The notes under the pieces were generated by a model. The model saw only the letters and a program-made list of their open reading frames with translations, made no database searches and was not told the DNA's origin. Positions 44,086 through 59,100 of a stretch of DNA of 64,000 bases are shown here, in pieces. The DNA comes from Ruditapes philippinarum. Its lineage: Eukaryota. The stretch spans positions 124,001 to 188,000 of the forward strand of contig NW_026864381.1 in assembly GCF_026571515.1 (NCBI RefSeq), read 5' to 3'. Numbering within the stretch: the stretch's first letter is position 1; the number at the start of each line of letters is the position of its first letter. The translations under genes were made by a program, and so were the position numbers.

Positions 44086-47000
44086 CCACATGTATTAGTA
44101 CATTCAAGTACCATCAATAACAATACACTATAAAATATTCTTGATGGATGAATTTAAGATCTACTATAACAATCATTTCTGATTCTCATAAAAAATATCT
44201 ATCTATTCAATATCTGATATAACAGAAGAATGGTAGGACCATTTATCATTTTTTTCTCCCACTGGTAAGCATGTACCGTAAGTATATGAAGTTGAAAGTT
44301 TTATAACTTGCAACCAATTTAGATTTATCTTTTAATCAAACTAACACATAAAAATTGATTAAAACTGTCTAAAACAAATGTTACAGAAGATCTCAAAATT
44401 CATAAAGGAATATTTGCTGAACTTGTTTTTGAATATTTTAAAGACAGGTAATAAGTTTAAAATCATATTGTTAAAACAACACTATCACTGGCTAAATTTA
44501 AAACTAGTGACTAAAACATGACAATGTCAGTTCACAACTGATTAAAACTATTCAACCTGAAATTAAAACTATAAATATAAACTGTTCAAGCAAATAAACC
44601 ATGATATTAATAATTTAAACTAACAACTGGACTATCCAAAGTTAGCTATCTATGCTACAACTTTAATTGGATTTTTTTTTTTACACTTTATTTCTTATTT
44701 TTTGTCAGAAGCAAAATAAATTGCAAATCCATGCAATAAGCATTTTTAACTCTGGAGATCTTTACAGTATCTCTGTGACTTAAAACAACAAATTTAACTC
44801 TGCCATTATTGACAAGTATAGATCAAGGTAAGCCTGGCTATCTCTAAAGTTTGACTAGTCAAAGTTTATCCTGTTGACTTGTAATTTTTCACCTTTTGAA
44901 AATATTCAACAGAAAGCTCCAAATTTAAAACAGCAAAATCCTGTACATAAATTTTATGATATGAGAGTTAAAACCAACTTGAGGTAACTTGATTTAAATA
45001 AGCAGAATTTCATTTCAACTGCCACAAATATCTTACACAATAATTTCCAACATTATTAACGTGTTTCATATTTCATATAGAGTAGTATGTATGATATAAA
45101 TATAGACTTTTTAGCTAGTGAATATGATATACATGTATACTGAAAGAAATTATTATTGACCGAGATGTGGATTTGAGAAAACAACCTTAGTGAATGTTCT
45201 GATATGGAGCCGTTACTTGTAACAAAAACTTATGTTTAAATCAATCTCAGACAGGCATTTCAGAGGTGTTTTTAGATTATATAACAAAATCTAAAACTAA
45301 CTTTTAATACTCCAGCTGTTAACATTAAATAATTGAGAATAAAATAACATTCATGCATATAAAAATACTAAAATATCATAGACTCCTAACTTTTATGAAA
45401 TATTTGATATATTTTCTTCTAATATTTCATAATAAAATGTCAAATTTCTGATGTATATATACACAAACATAGCCCAATGTTAGCATTAATTAAAATTAAG
45501 TTAAGACATACAAAAATTACTATATTAACGGTTTTGCAAACATTTGGCATTTATATATATATTAAAATAGTTTGCTTTATAAATAAGCAAACCTAAAATA
45601 TTTACATGGTAAGTTTCAGAAACCAAGTTGAATTAAATAAGATAAATTATACTTTTCATTAAACAGCAAATATTTAACCCTTTCTTTTCTGCTAAGTTGA
45701 AGTCTGTTAACAAACTTCAAAGCCTAGCCATTATAGAAATAAGCTAGCCTGCACATTTATAACCAGATTCTACAATGTTAGCTCTCAAACTTCTTAGCTC
45801 ATCAAAATATCTGTAATATAAATAATGAACTGCTTCAAAATTTATGTTTGGCTAGCTCATCAGGTAAAGTTCATACTCCAAATTTTCAAAAATACAAAAA
45901 AAAAAAGAAAAAAGAAATTTCAATATTGTCATATCTCGGGTAAATTTTGATTTATTGTTAACTATATCTGATTTCCAGTATAATACCAACACTACCTGTC
46001 AGATAATTATCATACTGTGCAATGTACAACTTGTAAAATGTGTGTTTATATATACTTTTGTACAATGAAAATTGTGTTTGTGGACACATCAAGATGTTGT
46101 ACCACTGTTTAAAATGTGTGTAGCCTGTAGGACTAGTGACACACTGTTTAAAGACAAAGCATGTGGATAGTTAAAGAAGATTCTATGTTGTGAAGATGTA
46201 AAGTTATGATAAACCTAGTCTTACTACCATCACGAAAAATATAAAATTTGCTTCAAATCAGTCAAGTGCTGCAATAAAAAGCTGTACGAAAGATTTTAGT
46301 AGTAAGACTAGATATAACTAAAACAACTAAAGAGACAAGATATCTACCAAAAGTTTGAAAAAAAATTACCAAAATGTGTAACAAAATCATTATTTTAATA
46401 CACATCTTAATTTACTATCTTTCATTTCTCTGGAGAAATTGTGAAAAAAATCACTTATTTTTCTCTTGTTGTAATTATTACACTCATTTTCAACAAATTA
46501 AAAATATCATCCAATGCTAAAAGGATGTCACAAAATATATCTTTAATTAAAAAGATATTAGTCAATGTATACAAACTCTTTCCTTATTTGCATTAATGAA
46601 AGATGTGAGAATAAACTTAAACTTCAAATTAAACAATTCAACAGTTGCAATAAAAGTGAACTATCCTTAAAAAACTAAGCGAAAGGACGAAAGAAATGGT
46701 TTTAAAAATGGCATTAAAACATAACAGTAATATTTGCTATACATGTATAAATGTCTGATTGATGATAAATAAACACCATGGTTAGTTCGTCTAGGTCATT
46801 CACCGACCTGTGTGTCCCTGACCCTCTTATTCTATGATTGAATTCTATGAAAAAATATTTCTTCTCTGTTTTCTTGATTAACAGTCTTGATGGAAATACA
46901 AATGACTTTGTGTGCATAGTACTTACTGGTTTTAATGACGTTGAAATGAGAATGATGCATTAAAGTATCTTAAGATATTGGCTGTCTTATATTCAACAGC

Positions 47001-47953
47001 ACTGAATTAGTGAATGAGTCGTGCTATAATATGAAGTTAAATGTTACTCTAAAAAAATTAATCTAAGCTATCATACAAATTTAACTTTGTTCTAAAATGA
47101 TCAGTATTTAAAAAGACCTAAAAATAATCTCGGAGGTGTGGTATAATTAATTGCAACACTTATTTTAAGTAATGAAGAAAGCAATGAAATTTGGTATCAT
47201 AAGAAATGAATTTATTTACATGTACTAAAAAAACTATTAATAATAGCTGTTTGCAGGACTACTTTTGAATCTTATAAACAAATTTAAAGTTAAAAATGTC
47301 AATACAAAAAAGCCATTAAACTGGTATAAGATATGTAAATGAAAGAAATAAACTGTACTCATTTCAACACTAGCAGTTTATAATTTCTGTCTGGACATAT
47401 ACATATGTATGTTTATTTATATAAATGAAATGGTTATAATATCAAAACGGGTGATATATCTTAAATGTCACAAGATACCTGGTCTGGTATATAATACTTG
47501 AATTACATTTTGAATTTTTCATACAATTTGAAGCAAGAAAATTTTTGACATTTGCTTAAAAACTGATTCCTTCTTTATGCAAAGGCAAGTATCAAACAGC
47601 CGTCAAATTTTCAAACAAAGTTTCTACATCTAGTCAAGATCAAAAATGGTTTATGCATACAAATATGTGTAAACAAGGTGGTTTTAATAATTTGATTGTC
47701 AACTTACATGAATCTTAGTATAAAATATGATGTCAAAATAATCAGCATTTGGTTATAAAATGATGACAATTTTAGAAACATGACGGTGAATTAAGACACA
47801 AACAAAATTGTATATAATCTTATGTTATATAACTGTCACCTTATTAAAACAAAAAGGTATGTACTTTAAAAAAATTAAAAAGACAAGAAAAAACTAATAA
47901 AAAACAACACAAATTTTTAATAATATTGGTAAATGTTATAAATATATGATATT

Positions 47954-50139
47954 TTAATATTGGTTGCCATTAGTTTTGTCTCTACGTGTCATAGACAGAT
48001 CTGGGGAGCTGCCACGAATACGTTCATTTCTCAGCCACGTTAACATACTGCTATTTGGTCCAATATTACTATTCTGACTAATGTTTGGCCTCAGTTGCTC
48101 CCACGCGGACAATCTCTGCTCTTCTTTAGGAAGAGCATTAGAGATAGCTTTCATATGCTCACCGTCACTTGTACCGCCGACTGTGTGCCGTCTACGCTTC
48201 CTTTTCTCACTTCTTTTACGATTAGTTGGGGGCGGGGAAGCCGACCTAGATTTTGAACTTGTAGGAATGTCAGTATTATTAGAATTTTTGTTTTTATCTA
48301 CAACGTTCTGAGACAGTTTAACATTAACCTCAGTTTTCTCTGACTTTGATATGGGTCTATACTCTGTTCTACTTGGAGAATTAGGTATATAAGTTTCCCA
48401 CTTGGGAAGAGCGTTCGACTGAGACGACATTACAGGTTTAGAGACAAACTGAGGAGTAGAATATCCAGCACTGTGTCTGCTGTCGGCAGACATTACTGAT
48501 GGACTCGAAATTACAACCATTACAGAAGACACTCTAGAGTCAGTATCTTGCCTCTCTAATCCTCTGTTACTTCCACTTAATATAGCACTATCAACTGAAT
48601 ATGTTACATCACTTTGTAAACTTACTCCATAACTATTACCACTCCTTGACAAAGCATTCAAGTTTGGTTCACTATTTCCCTCATACATAGGATTATGAGT
48701 TGTGGATCGTTCGAATCGCGTTGCGAAACCTATTTTAGTATCCGACTTTGGGGGAGTCCTGTGTAGACTCGGATCTCGGAACTGTTTTGATGGGAAATCT
48801 GAAGAATTGTTTTGTCGACTCATAACAGAAGACAGAGGAACCTGTGGTGGTAACCTATGCTGGGCGGATTGTGATTCCCCGGACTCAGAAGTAGTTGTGT
48901 TTGTACTTAAACTTGAATTACTAGAATAATTTGGCACTCTCCTTGGAGGTGGTGGGGCTATAGATACAGACTGGGAAAGTTTTGGACTAGATAATGTCTG
49001 TAGTTTCTGATCAAATGTTGAGGTAAGAGTTGTTAATAAATCAAGTCCTTCTTCTGAATCTGTTGATGCCCATGACATTCTGCTATCTCTTTTTTCAATA
49101 AGATCTATCAAAGAGTCTAAGGATCCTCTACGCACAGAATTACTTCTAGCAAGTCCTACACTTCTACGTTTTATTTCTGCAGAATCTCTTTTAGAGCGGT
49201 CTTCACCTTTTCTGGCTCTAACTTGAGCTAAAGGTCTGCTTGGACTTTTTTTCTGTCCATTTGCCATGTTTTCAAGTGAACCTGTACGCTTAGATTGTGC
49301 TACTAAAGATTCTACACTTGTTTGTTTGGGAGGTCGAGACGACCTTGAGCTTGAAGTGTTTCCTTTCACGACGAAGTATTTACCTCCACCTTGTTGTCTA
49401 CTGCCACTTGACTGATTTACATCACGAGTATTCCTGTAGTCATTAGAAGTGATCTTACGCTTATTTAAAAAATCTTTATTTATTCCCATTTTCCCATAAT
49501 CTTGTGCATTTAACAGATCTTCAACACTATGTCTGTCTTCAATTTCTAACTCTTGTTGTGTTTGTAGAATATCCTGTTCAATTCTTTGTTTTTCCAACTT
49601 TCTTTTCTCCAGGTCCCTCTGCCTTCTCTCTTCCCTCTCCCTTAATGCCCGTGCTTCCATTTCTATCCTCTTTAAACTATCAATAGTTTCCTTACTTAAT
49701 CTACTGTAACTGCCACTTAACGTACTGTGTGACAACTCTAATTCATCATTTCTGTCTAACAGTTCATCAGAAAAATACCTGGTTGTTGGATTTAAATAAG
49801 AACTTTCCTTATCTGAATCGATAAAATCAAAATCCTTGAATTCCCTGTCACAGAACTCCTGAGACTTGGCCATACGTCGGTCTGTAACAACTTCAGTAGT
49901 GGACTGTTTAATGACTTCTGTTGATCGCTGCATTGCAGCCAGATTTGGACTACTTCTTGATGTATTGTCTATTTTTCTGGTACGAAGAAGTATTTCCTGA
50001 TCTATATTTCTTTCGTTGAAGGCTTGAGGTACCTCGGATACAGACACACTACGTTTCTCAACTGCAGGTGGCAGCTCTCCTCTCAACTTCCTGTTAGCTG
50101 CTTCAACTATACTGCTCACTATTTCCTGTGGATTCACTT
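47954..50139 (-). CDS. ARHGAP21: RhoGAP gene last exon: long Ser-rich disordered tail with coiled coil
   Basis: 727-aa ORF preceded by a tttactttcag acceptor, phase 1. Confidence 0.92.
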
Positions 50140-53100
50140 CTGAAAGTAAAACATAATTCTCCAGAAAATATAATCAAAACATGTACATTTTTTTTTCATT
50201 TTTTTTTTTTTAAATTTATGTGCAACACATTTTATCTCAACAACAAAGCCTTAAGTCCCACATATTGAAACTGATTTAAATAACAAGTCCTTATTGGTCA
50301 CGTTTTTACATATAAAAAATCTATCAGCCCAAAATATCCTACAGAAAACTGTTTAAAGGGACTCCGCTGATTTTTTTTGACATGACAGGAATAAAGATTA
50401 ATGTTCCATTAGATGAAGGTCTAGCCCAATAATGAGTGTGCAAAATCACTCGCTCTGTTTTTCTAAAATAAGTATTCTTATTGGGAAAAATAGCAGAAAG
50501 TCAAGAAAGCAGTAAGTGAGCTTGGGTAAAGGACCATTACCATTAAGTCATAGAGGACCCATAAAGATGAAATTAAGGTATAAATTACCTGGATCATCCC
50601 TGGTACTAGATGTTACACCAGAGATTAATGACACACATTCTGTAGCATCATCATCTGTTGGTACATAATTGTCATTCTCCCAGGATCCGAAGAACCATTC
50701 ATACTGAAATAGTCAATACATATACATACATGTATAATGTTAGGAATAATGAAAATAAACCAAAAATACCTTTAAAGCAAAACTTACAAGATTTCATAGA
50801 TATCTATTGAAATAAAAGTAATTAATTTACAAGATGTTTTCATAACATATTAATTTTCCCAATCTAAAATATGTCAACAAATAGCTATAAAGTTATGATA
50901 AATAAATCTGATTAAAGAAATAAATCAAGGTCATTTAAGAGTCAATGTCATATTTCATTAAAATAATGTCCTTGACCTGAGGTATTTGAGTCTAAGTCGG
51001 AAGGCTGCAGCTTATAGATGAGATTTTATGAACACATTTTCCTAGAACCATCTATTTCAAGAGCATAAAAATAACAATAGATGCTCTTAACACAAACTTT
51101 GCCTTTTCAAATATAAAGCAAGAAAATAGAATATTATTTTTTACAAGTTCATGTATTTTTTTTCTGGAGAATTGAATATTTTACTTTGACACATATTTAA
51201 CACAGATTTATCCCAATTAATGACAGAGCATGTAAACATATCATTTCAGAAAATAAACTTGTTAGATAGGATGCCCTGACGAAAGAAAATCAAAATGAAG
51301 AAGGAACATCTGTCATATGGTCAGTCCTTCATTACAGTTAATGATCAAGTCTTAATAGCAAACCATAATTTTGCTTTGAAGAAAGAAAACAAGAAGAGAA
51401 AAGAAATGGACAAGCGGGTGTCAAAATCTCAAATAAATGGCTAAGGAGCTATTTAATGAATTTATTTAGAAAAGAAACATTATCTTTGAATAAATCATAA
51501 ACATAATTTTAGACTATTTCAGAGATATATTAACGTATATGTATACTTACATGAAGTACTATGCTCTCTATAATCTTACAATGATCAGACATATCAGTTA
51601 CCATGGATACCATATTATCATCAGATTTCCTAATTAAGGTAGGTCCAAAAACTATGGCAAGATTCTTGGCTTCCATCTGTAAAAGTTACAACAATGGCTA
51701 TATTAATTATACAAACATATATTTCCATAGTATTTAATCTTACATAAGAAACAAAAATCTGATTATGTTTCATAGAAATAAGTCAGTTCTCTATATGCTT
51801 TCAACTTTTGACAATTATATGATCAACAAGAAATCTTCTTATTAAGATAAAGTTACATCAAACACTATAGAGGTTATAAAGTCAATTTCCAGCTTAACTG
51901 ATACAGCAATGTCTCGTTAAGTTTTCAATGTTTATTTTCACAGAAGCTTTGTAGCAATTCTAACTATTTTGAGGCAAAAATGACCTTTTTATTTTAGATG
52001 TCTGCACAACTATTCATTTGCATCTTTTATGTTTCTACAGATATGAAGCCACAGTGGTGAGAGGCAAGGCCATGGAAGTCCAAATTTATATCTACAACTT
52101 ACTGATATATTTATCAAGTAGTTTAAGTAGTAAAGTAGTACTATAAAATCTACAGATTTATCTATAGAATTGTACATGTACAATGAAATAACATCTTACT
52201 TCAAGAGTCAATCACACTTCAGGTGATATTTCAATACCATATAAAAATTAGTTGCACACTTACTCTGTTAATATCTCCATATTGAGCTACTTTGTTAAGA
52301 TGTTTAGCTAGATGTTTAAATGTTTCAAAATGATGTTCTGGTAGTTCATGTATGAGACGTTTTAACTTTAACATTCTCCTTTCTGGATCCTCTATTCTGT
52401 TAGCATCAATAAATGGTTGGTACAAATCTGAAAAATTAAATATTTAAAATTAACACATTTTCTATCACCGTAACTATACTAAAAGTTATGAACATGATCT
52501 GTTATGACTTTGGAAACAGTCCATTAGAAGTTCAAGGACTTTGCGCTAAAATTGAGAATCTTGGATAGCTTCCACACATGAAAGAATTCAAAGTCTCTCA
52601 CAGGATTTGAACCAACAGTGGTGAGGGGCAAGTGGTTTGAAGTCAATGACCCTTCACCATTCTGCCTTGGACGCCCCCCCCCCCCCCAAATATACCGGTA
52701 AGGGATTTCAATACTTATTTCCAACAGTATAAACCCTGGTCAGACTGTAAGAAAGTGCAGATTGGCCTAGCTCTATACTGTTGGCAAAAGCTTATCACTT
52801 GCATTTCAACCAGATTAAAAGTCATAGCAGATTTTAAATGAAGTTAAAATGACTTACCATCAGGTATAAGTGGTTCTGGTAGTTGTCTGAAGAAAGATTT
52901 CAGTAAACTACTGATTACATTTACATCTGACCACTTTTCATGATCCAGATTCATAGCATCTATACCCTGTAATATAAAATATCACATTTATTCTCATGAA
53001 CTTGTCCTGCTGTCAATATTGAACTGTCCTATGTTAATGTAAAGTTTTTAATACAAAATACTAAATTTAAGCATCCAATAACACACAGCCTGTTCAACTG

Positions 53101-56100
53101 ATGACAAAGGCTTTCTCATTTTCTGAATCAGATAAAACAGCTATAAACTAAAATTTTCCAACATATTAATTTAGATTAAATTAAACAGGTTTTAGGTCAT
53201 ATTGGCACTGTAAAGGTCATACTTTACTATTTGAGGCAGACAGTCGGGTATAAGCGTACACCAAAGTAGAACCACTGACGTTCCCTCAGATATTTTGATA
53301 GCTTCCTCACAGGAAGAAATTCAATTCCAGTCTTTCAACTCTCCCTATTCAGCTTTTTGTAACAATGGTACTGGTTATCCAAGAAAGCCAGTTACAGAAC
53401 TGACAGCCAAGATAGGAAAGCCGGTTAGATGAACTTACAGCCAAGATAGGAAAGCCAGTTAGGTGAACTTACAGCCAAGATAGGAAAGCCAGTTAGATGA
53501 ACTGGCAGCCAAGATAGGAAGCCAGTTCGGTGAACTTACAGCCAAGATAGGAAAGCCAGTTAGGTGAACTTACAGCCAATATAGGAAAGCCAGTTAGGTG
53601 AACTTACAGCCAAGATAGGAAAGCCAGTTAGTTGAACTTACAGCCAAGATAGGAAAGCCAGTTAGGTAAACTTACAGCCAAGATAGGAAAGCCAGTTAGG
53701 TGAACTGACAGCCAAGATAGGAAAGCCAGTTAGGTGAACTTACAGTCAAGATAGGAAAGCCAGTTAGGTGAACTTACAGCCAAGATAGGAAAGCCAGTTA
53801 GGTAAACTTACAGTCAAGATAGGAAAGCCAGTTAGGTGAACTGACAGCCAAGATAGGAAAGCCAGTTAGGTGAACTGACAGCCAAGATAGGAAAGCCAGT
53901 TAGGTGAACTTACAGCCAAGATAGGAAAGCCAGTTAGGTGAACTGACAGCCAAGATAGGAAAGCCAGTTAGGTGAACTTACAGCCAAGATAGGAAAGCCA
54001 GTTAGGTGAACTTACAGCCAAGATAGGAAAGCCAGTTAGGTAAACTTACAGCCAAGATAGGAAAGCCAGTTAGGTGAACTTACAGCCAAGATAGGAAAGC
54101 CAGTTAGGTGAACTGACAGTCAAGATAGGAAAGCCAGTTAGGTGAACTTACAGTCAAGATAGGAAAGCCAGTTAGGTGAACTTACAGCCAAGATAGGAAA
54201 GCCAGTTAGGTGAACTTACAGCCAAGATAGGAAAGCCAGTTAGGTAAACTTACAGTCAAGATAGGAAAGCCAGTTAGGTGAACTTACAGCCAAGATAGGA
54301 AAGCCAGTTAGGTAAACTTACAGCCAAGATAGGAAAGCCAGTTAGGTGAACTTACAGCCAAGATAGGAAAGCCAGTTAGGTGAACTTACAGCCAAGATAG
54401 GAAAGCCAGTTAGGTAAACTTACAGCCAAGATAGGAAAGCCAGTTAGGTAAACTTACAGTCAAGATAGGAAAGCCAGTTAGGTGAACTTACAGCCAAGAT
54501 AGGAAAGCCAGTTAGGTGAACTGACAGCCAAGATAGGAAAGCCAGTTAGGTGAACTTACAGCCAAGATAGGAAAGCCAGTTAGGTGAACTTACAGCCAAG
54601 ATAGGAAAGCCAGTTAGGTGAACTGACAGCCAAGAAATGACCAAAAATAAGCTGAAATCTGAGTAAAAAAACAACAAATAAAAGTTAATGACAATAATAG
54701 TTACCTTGTTGAATTCATCTTGTAGAAGAGTGACAGCTGCCTTGTTACCTGGGATACGGTATACACCAATCATTTCTAGACCTCTAGCCTCAACTAACTG
54801 AGTACATAGGTCAACAACAAGGGGAACAAACTGCGGAAGATAAATAATTAAATAACTGAACCGAAAATTTTGCAAAATTCAGTGAAAGATTTACTATTAA
54901 AAACTTTGATAACTAAAGTGATTTAATGTAATATTACAGTTTATATCGTGTCCAAAGACGAGATATAAAGCAGAAATTCACATTAAAATCTCCTTCAAAT
55001 ACCAAACAACTGAGTGTATCAAATTTTGATAATAGTAAAACTTTTTCAAAACTAATTAATAATTTATGAACTTGACTATACTGTAAATCTCTCCAACTTA
55101 CCATAGAAATTCTTAATTCAAAGAAATCTACCATGGTAAGGGTTAAAAAGTAAGAAATATATAAGATAAAGAGTTAACATATAAAACTATGGTAACAGTA
55201 CATACTTCGTTGTTTGGGGATGGAGTACAATCATCAAGGGAAGATCCGAACATGCCAACTGACTCGGGTACCGGTGTTATTCTGTCTACGTTAGACGGGC
55301 TCGAACCAAACTGTTTCTTGAAACTTTTACCCAACTTGCCCTTCCATGTCTTTGGCTTCCCTGACTCATCTACTGTTGATATAAAATATGAGATAAGAAT
55401 AAATGATAAATGAAAGTTGGAGAGTTCAATGCATCAACTAACCTTGATGTAAAGCTATAACTAATCAAGAGATAATTACATGAACTCTCAGGTAATTACT
55501 ACATATATGACTTTATGATACCTATAATAACTCAATGTACAAACCCTCAGATATACATAAAGGTATTTCAATAAATAGAGGATATTGAATGAGTGTAAGT
55601 TCAATACTGAATTTATTGCACAAGTTGAATAACATTTTATGCGAGCCTCTGGCGAGCATAATACTTTTTATTCAACAAGTGCAATAAATTCAGTATTGAA
55701 CATACATGAATTTAACATTCTATTTATCACATACCCAAAATAAAGACTGATTTAAGTGAAATAAGAGTCATTTTTCATTGACGCACCTATAGTATAACGC
55801 TAACATTTAGCGCATCTTTACACTATGTTTGTATAACGCTAATGACGTCACGTTAAAATATATGCACAGCCGTGCAATACCATATTTACGGAGTCGCAAA
55901 ATCGGCACGGGTGTGTGATAAAATAAAATACAAAGCTTGCACAGTTAAGACTTTAATCATTGAGCTATTACTGAGACATCAAAACAAGCCAGAGCAATGA
56001 ACAACTGAACAAAATGTGAATTCTTAAATAAACTGCACTTTTAAATTTTGCTACAATTAAGATTTTAGGTTCTCATTTGCATATGATACTGAAAACTGTG

Positions 56101-59100
56101 TTTGTTATCAATTTAATTTCAAAAACTGAATTCTTTCAAGGGAAAACAATATTATAAACCACTTTAAAATACCTTAAAGAAACCATGTTCACAAAAAAAA
56201 ATATTATCAAAAAAACTAAAATAACTTTCTATCAATGATCATTTTGTATGAAAAGCAGAAATCAATTAGTTGTTCCAAAGAAATTATTTCCATTATCAAA
56301 CGTATACCTTTTTCTCCGGAGGTAGTTTTTCTTCGTTTCAGACTAGGTGAGTGAGGCATTTTCTGTTTTATTGACGATATTGAAAGTTTTTTGCCCATTT
56401 TTTGTGTTTGCGGAGGAGAGGTTTTCGTAGTGACCGACGACTCCACAAGCTCTTGACTTTTTCTTATACTATTGCGTATGATCAGCTCGGAGCTTGTCAC
56501 CCCGCTGAACTGTAATATTATAAATAAAATATTCATCAATTGAAATGTACAAATGTTATCATTGATGCAATTTTCAACATTCATGTTCTTTTCATTTTGT
56601 ATGTCCTTTTCATTTTTTATCTAGTCACACCAATATTGTTAAATTCCTTAATACTGTTGAAGTGTCTGGAGGTATTCCAATACTAGAGACAGGAAATTGA
56701 CTTTACATAAGAGACTTTTAACTTGTTTGTTTGTTTCATTTTACGCCTTTTTCCAACAGTATTTCAGTCATATCGGTGGGTAGTTTCCTAACCATCATTC
56801 CTGGAGAGTTACACCAGTACTAGACTACCTTCCTCCGCGCTAAACTACCAAAGCATCTCCCGGGGATCGAACCCACGCCAGAGAGGTAATTGGATTAGAA
56901 GTCATCGATTATAAAGGTTAGGTTTTTAAGGTCATTCACTGAGCGATGCTTTAATATTAATTCTAATACTCACATCGGCATCTGGGTTATTGTTACACTT
57001 GATTTCCTTGATCCACGAGATCATCTCGTCATGGTCTTCTGCCTGAAACAAATATTCCGACCCGTTGTACGTCTTCATTCGAAACACGTTCTTACGTTTT
57101 GTGTAACTGTGTGCTATATCCACGATACAAGATTTGATTGAAATTGGCTGCTCATCATAAGAGAATATGTTCGTCTGCTGGAAGAAAACATAACATGAAT
57201 GAAGAAGTTTTCAAATTTCTATTTTCAACAATTCTTTAATACCGGTAATCAGACCTTGATTAGTATATCATTTAATTTTAAAATTTATTTAATTTTTTAT
57301 ACAATGGTTATAAAGGGTGTTTTAATTTTAATTCTCTCTTTAATAATGAGAATTCAATTAGAAAATTATTAACTTTTCAAATTTATTCAATTTTCATTTA
57401 CTGGTAATACCACGTATGCAATAGTTTCAAATATATTTTGATCATTTTGAATAATTATGTAAGATTATTACTGTAAAATACTATATTACACTGTATAAAA
57501 AATTCTATACTAAATAATTCAATATATCATACTATATTTCTATTATCAAATTGTAATATAGTAAACATTAAACATATAATAACTTGATTTTGACCCATCA
57601 TACGCACACAATTTTCTGCAATTTCCCTGTAAGCCAATATAAGCAAGCATCAGAATTATAGTTACATGAGGGCTATGGAAACCCTCATGACAAATAAAGC
57701 AAGAATTTTATTTTTCCATCACCAGTTTACATTCAAATACAATGTCTTATAAGTTTTTCTTTAATTATTAATTAAATCCCTATTTGGTTTAACTGTTAAA
57801 CCAGCTGGAAACAGGAGTGATAAGCCTTAGCCACCAGTATAGTAATATAACCGATACTGGAGAGTCCTAAAAACTGGAAGTTGAGCAAGTCCATTTAAGA
57901 AAACCAGGGTAAAGAGCTGAGTATATCTAGGAAGCATACTCTCAAAGTTGATAGCAATAAAATATAAAACATGCTTATTTAAATGAACCCAAAAAAGATA
58001 CTGTTTTTATTTGTCTGATATATGATATAGACAGATGTATTGAATGGCAGGCTATACTGATATATAGTATGAAACTGTATGGAATGTAAATTATAAATCA
58101 GTTAAACAGTACACAGAGTAAAATGAATTTCCCCACACTGGAATAGTGCTTGTGTATAAATTCCCCCTCTCTCACCCCTTCCCAAAACAAACGCAGGAAA
58201 ATTAAAACCATCTCGCAAAATTGCAAAATTGTCTAAAAGAACACAAATTCACAAGCCAAAATTTCATACACAACTGATTAACAGCAATTGGCTTATAATA
58301 TTTGAGTTAACATGTGTATATACAAAAATGTATTAGAAAGTTGTCCATAGGACATGAATGCCCCTACATTCCACTGTTTAGTCAGTCCACAGACAAACAG
58401 TGAGATAGAAGAACCAAATGCTCACCCACCCCTAAATGCAGGACATAAAAACTATAAACTTTTTTAAATTTTACCAACATATAATAATTATCTTTACTCA
58501 GAAGTACGTAATCAGTGACAGTATGAGAATCTATAAATAGTTAATCCTACATTAATAAATAGTTCTATATGTTTCTAGGCAATAAAAAGCAAATAAGCAA
58601 AAACAAAGACACATGATCTAGCAATCTACTATTTTTCTCCAAAAGAAAGTCTCATTTTTTGCCATCAACTTCAAGGGGCTTTAACAACAGACTTTATGCC
58701 CTCGTATAGTGCCAGACCAGTCTAAACATGTATGCTGTCAGACATGATAATTTAATTACTTTGATACTGAAATCCCTTTATCAACAAATGGACTGTTCCA
58801 AATTCAAAGTCGGTCAAGTCCATTATATAAATTCAAGAGGGTCAGGATAAGTTCTGCTTTAATCTTTGTATATTTCATCTTAAAAATTATAACAGCATCA
58901 TCTGCAAAAATGCAAGCAAAAAGAGAAGTAGAAAAGCAGAAAAAATGTAAAAAAAAAAAAAAAGCTCCGAAATCAAGGGTCACAACTCTGCAAAAAAGGG
59001 ACATCACTCTTGTTTACTATACACACCTGAGAGCCAGCACGCACTTTGACAGAGAGTGCATGCGCAACAAACTGTAAAAAGATTAATATTGAAATAAAAG

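Noticed and set aside
48081-49686. Plus-strand ORFs opposite the RhoGAP last exon
   Set aside because: Antisense shadows of a long coding exon with no independent signals. The same applies to 5274-5603, 7051-7347, 28628-28921 and 36916-37904.
53380-54635. CRISPR-like array (34-bp repeat)
   Set aside because: Units are head to tail with no unique spacers, no cas genes are present, and the context is a eukaryotic intron.
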